NCBI GenBank assembly: GCA_963751345.1
Contig: CAVVUS010000030.1
Coordinates: forward strand, 256,001-320,000
Length of the DNA stretch: 64,000 bases
Source of the DNA: an uncultured Chloroflexia bacterium
Lineage (GTDB): Bacteria > Chloroflexota > Anaerolineae > B4-G1 > SLSP01
Direction: 5' to 3'
Positions 63,133-64,000 of this stretch are shown one piece after another. A program made the translations under genes and the position numbers. Every line of letters begins with the position of its first letter. Position 1 is the stretch's first letter. The notes under the pieces are model-generated. The model saw only the letters and a program-made list of their open reading frames with translations, searched no databases and was not told the origin of the DNA.

Positions 63133-63794
63133 TCAGGCGCTTCCTCGACAATGTCCACGCCACGACTCGCCCCGAGGCGAGTGGCACCGGCCTCAATCAG
63201 GGCGATGGCTTCGGCGTAGTTGTGGATGCCGCCGGCGGCCTTCACCCCCATCTCAGCTCCCACCGTCCTGCGCATCAGGGCGACATCCTCAACCGTCGCG
63301 CCACCCTTGGCGAAGCCCGTGGAAGTCTTTACGAAATCGGCGCCCGCTGCCTGACACGCCTCACAGGCTGCTACTTTCTCGGCGTCGGTCAACAAGGCGG
63401 CCTCAATGATGACCTTGAGGAGCGCACCCTGGGCGTGGCACACCGCGGCTACCGCCGTGATATCCTCACGTACCCGGTCCACCTTGCCAGCCTTCAGGAG
63501 CCCAATCGCGATCACCATATCGATTTCGGTGGCCCCCTTGGCAATCGCCAATTCGGCCTCGCAGACCTTGATCGCCGTGGAGGTCGCCCCGAGCGGGAAT
63601 CCGACGACGGCGCAGACCGCGACGTCACTTCCGGCAAGCTTCTTGGCCGCCATCGGTACGAAAATCGGATTGACGCAGACCGACGCGAAGTGATATTTCA
63701 GAGCCTCTCGACAGAGATGCTCCACCTCGCTCGGAGTTGCGTCGGGCTTGAGCAGTGTGTGATCGATGGTGCGAGCCAACTCACGACGTTTCAT
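63129..63794 (-). CDS. deoC: Deoxyribose-phosphate aldolase
   Basis: [39 protein letters not shown]. Confidence 0.97.
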   Translation of the reverse strand: MKRRELARTIDHTLLKPDATPSEVEHLCREALKYHFASVCVNPIFVPMAAKKLAGSDVAVCAVVGFPLGATSTAIKVCEAELAIAKGATEIDMVIAIGLLKAGKVDRVREDITAVAAVCHAQGALLKVIIEAALLTDAEKVAACEACQAAGADFVKTSTGFAKGGATVEDVALMRRTVGAEMGVKAAGGIHNYAEAIALIEAGATRLGASRGVDIVEEAPE

Positions 63795-64000
63795 GGCGTT
63801 CCCTCCAATTCAGGATAGCGATAGTGCGTAATGGCACCCCATTTATCGGGCGGCCAATAGCGGAAGATTGTCTTACCGATGACGTTCTCTCCTGGCAAGG
63901 TCCCCCAGACGTGGGAATCGCTGGAATTGTTGCGATTGTCGCCCAACACCAGGTACTCATCCGGTCCCAGGACGATATCGTCCTGGTAGAGTGCCGGTCC
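63791..64000 (-). CDS. lepB: Signal peptidase I, C-terminal part, truncated by window edge
   Basis: Manual translation [28 protein letters not shown]; stop overlaps the deoC ATG. Confidence 0.88.
   Translation of the reverse strand, partial: GPALYQDDIVLGPDEYLVLGDNRNNSSDSHVWGTLPGENVIGKTIFRYWPPDKWGAITHYRYPELEGTP

Overview
GC-rich bacterial chromosome segment, most likely Chloroflexota (Anaerolineae-like). This is inferred from gene content, C-terminal Y[LM]P tails on secreted proteins and GAAC-N4-GTTC-type SOS boxes. Many genes, including grpE, carry single-base frameshifts, most simply explained as assembly indel errors. 1-27.5 kb is mostly housekeeping: large GH13, GT2/PlsY pair, Fic, asnS, DedA, GT4, rnhB, TPR protein, uvrA with an SOS box, CIRCE-hrcA-grpE-dnaJ-prmA (no dnaK), two perfect DnaA boxes, AAA/R3H, tmk, nitrilase, HAD. 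27.6-54.7 kb is an accessory region ending at tRNA-Phe: PocR/GAF two-component system, SWIM+SNF2, an LPXTG/ice-binding/C25-peptidase surface cluster and a general-stress-like membrane cluster. The main unexplained signal is a 98-100 bp imperfect palindrome in four co-oriented copies at the junctions between these modules. It folds best on the minus strand and has attC-like geometry but a non-canonical GAT core. Two copies are fused to a segment resembling a decayed tRNA-Phe locus. No integrase is in the window. Also notable: a small repeat array behind a putative SOS promoter at 4.6-5.0 kb and a transcarbamylase with altered catalytic motifs. 55-64 kb holds membrane proteins, two signal peptidases, a DEAD-box helicase, a sulfatase, an FAD oxidoreductase and deoC. 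All alignments and foldings were done by eye.
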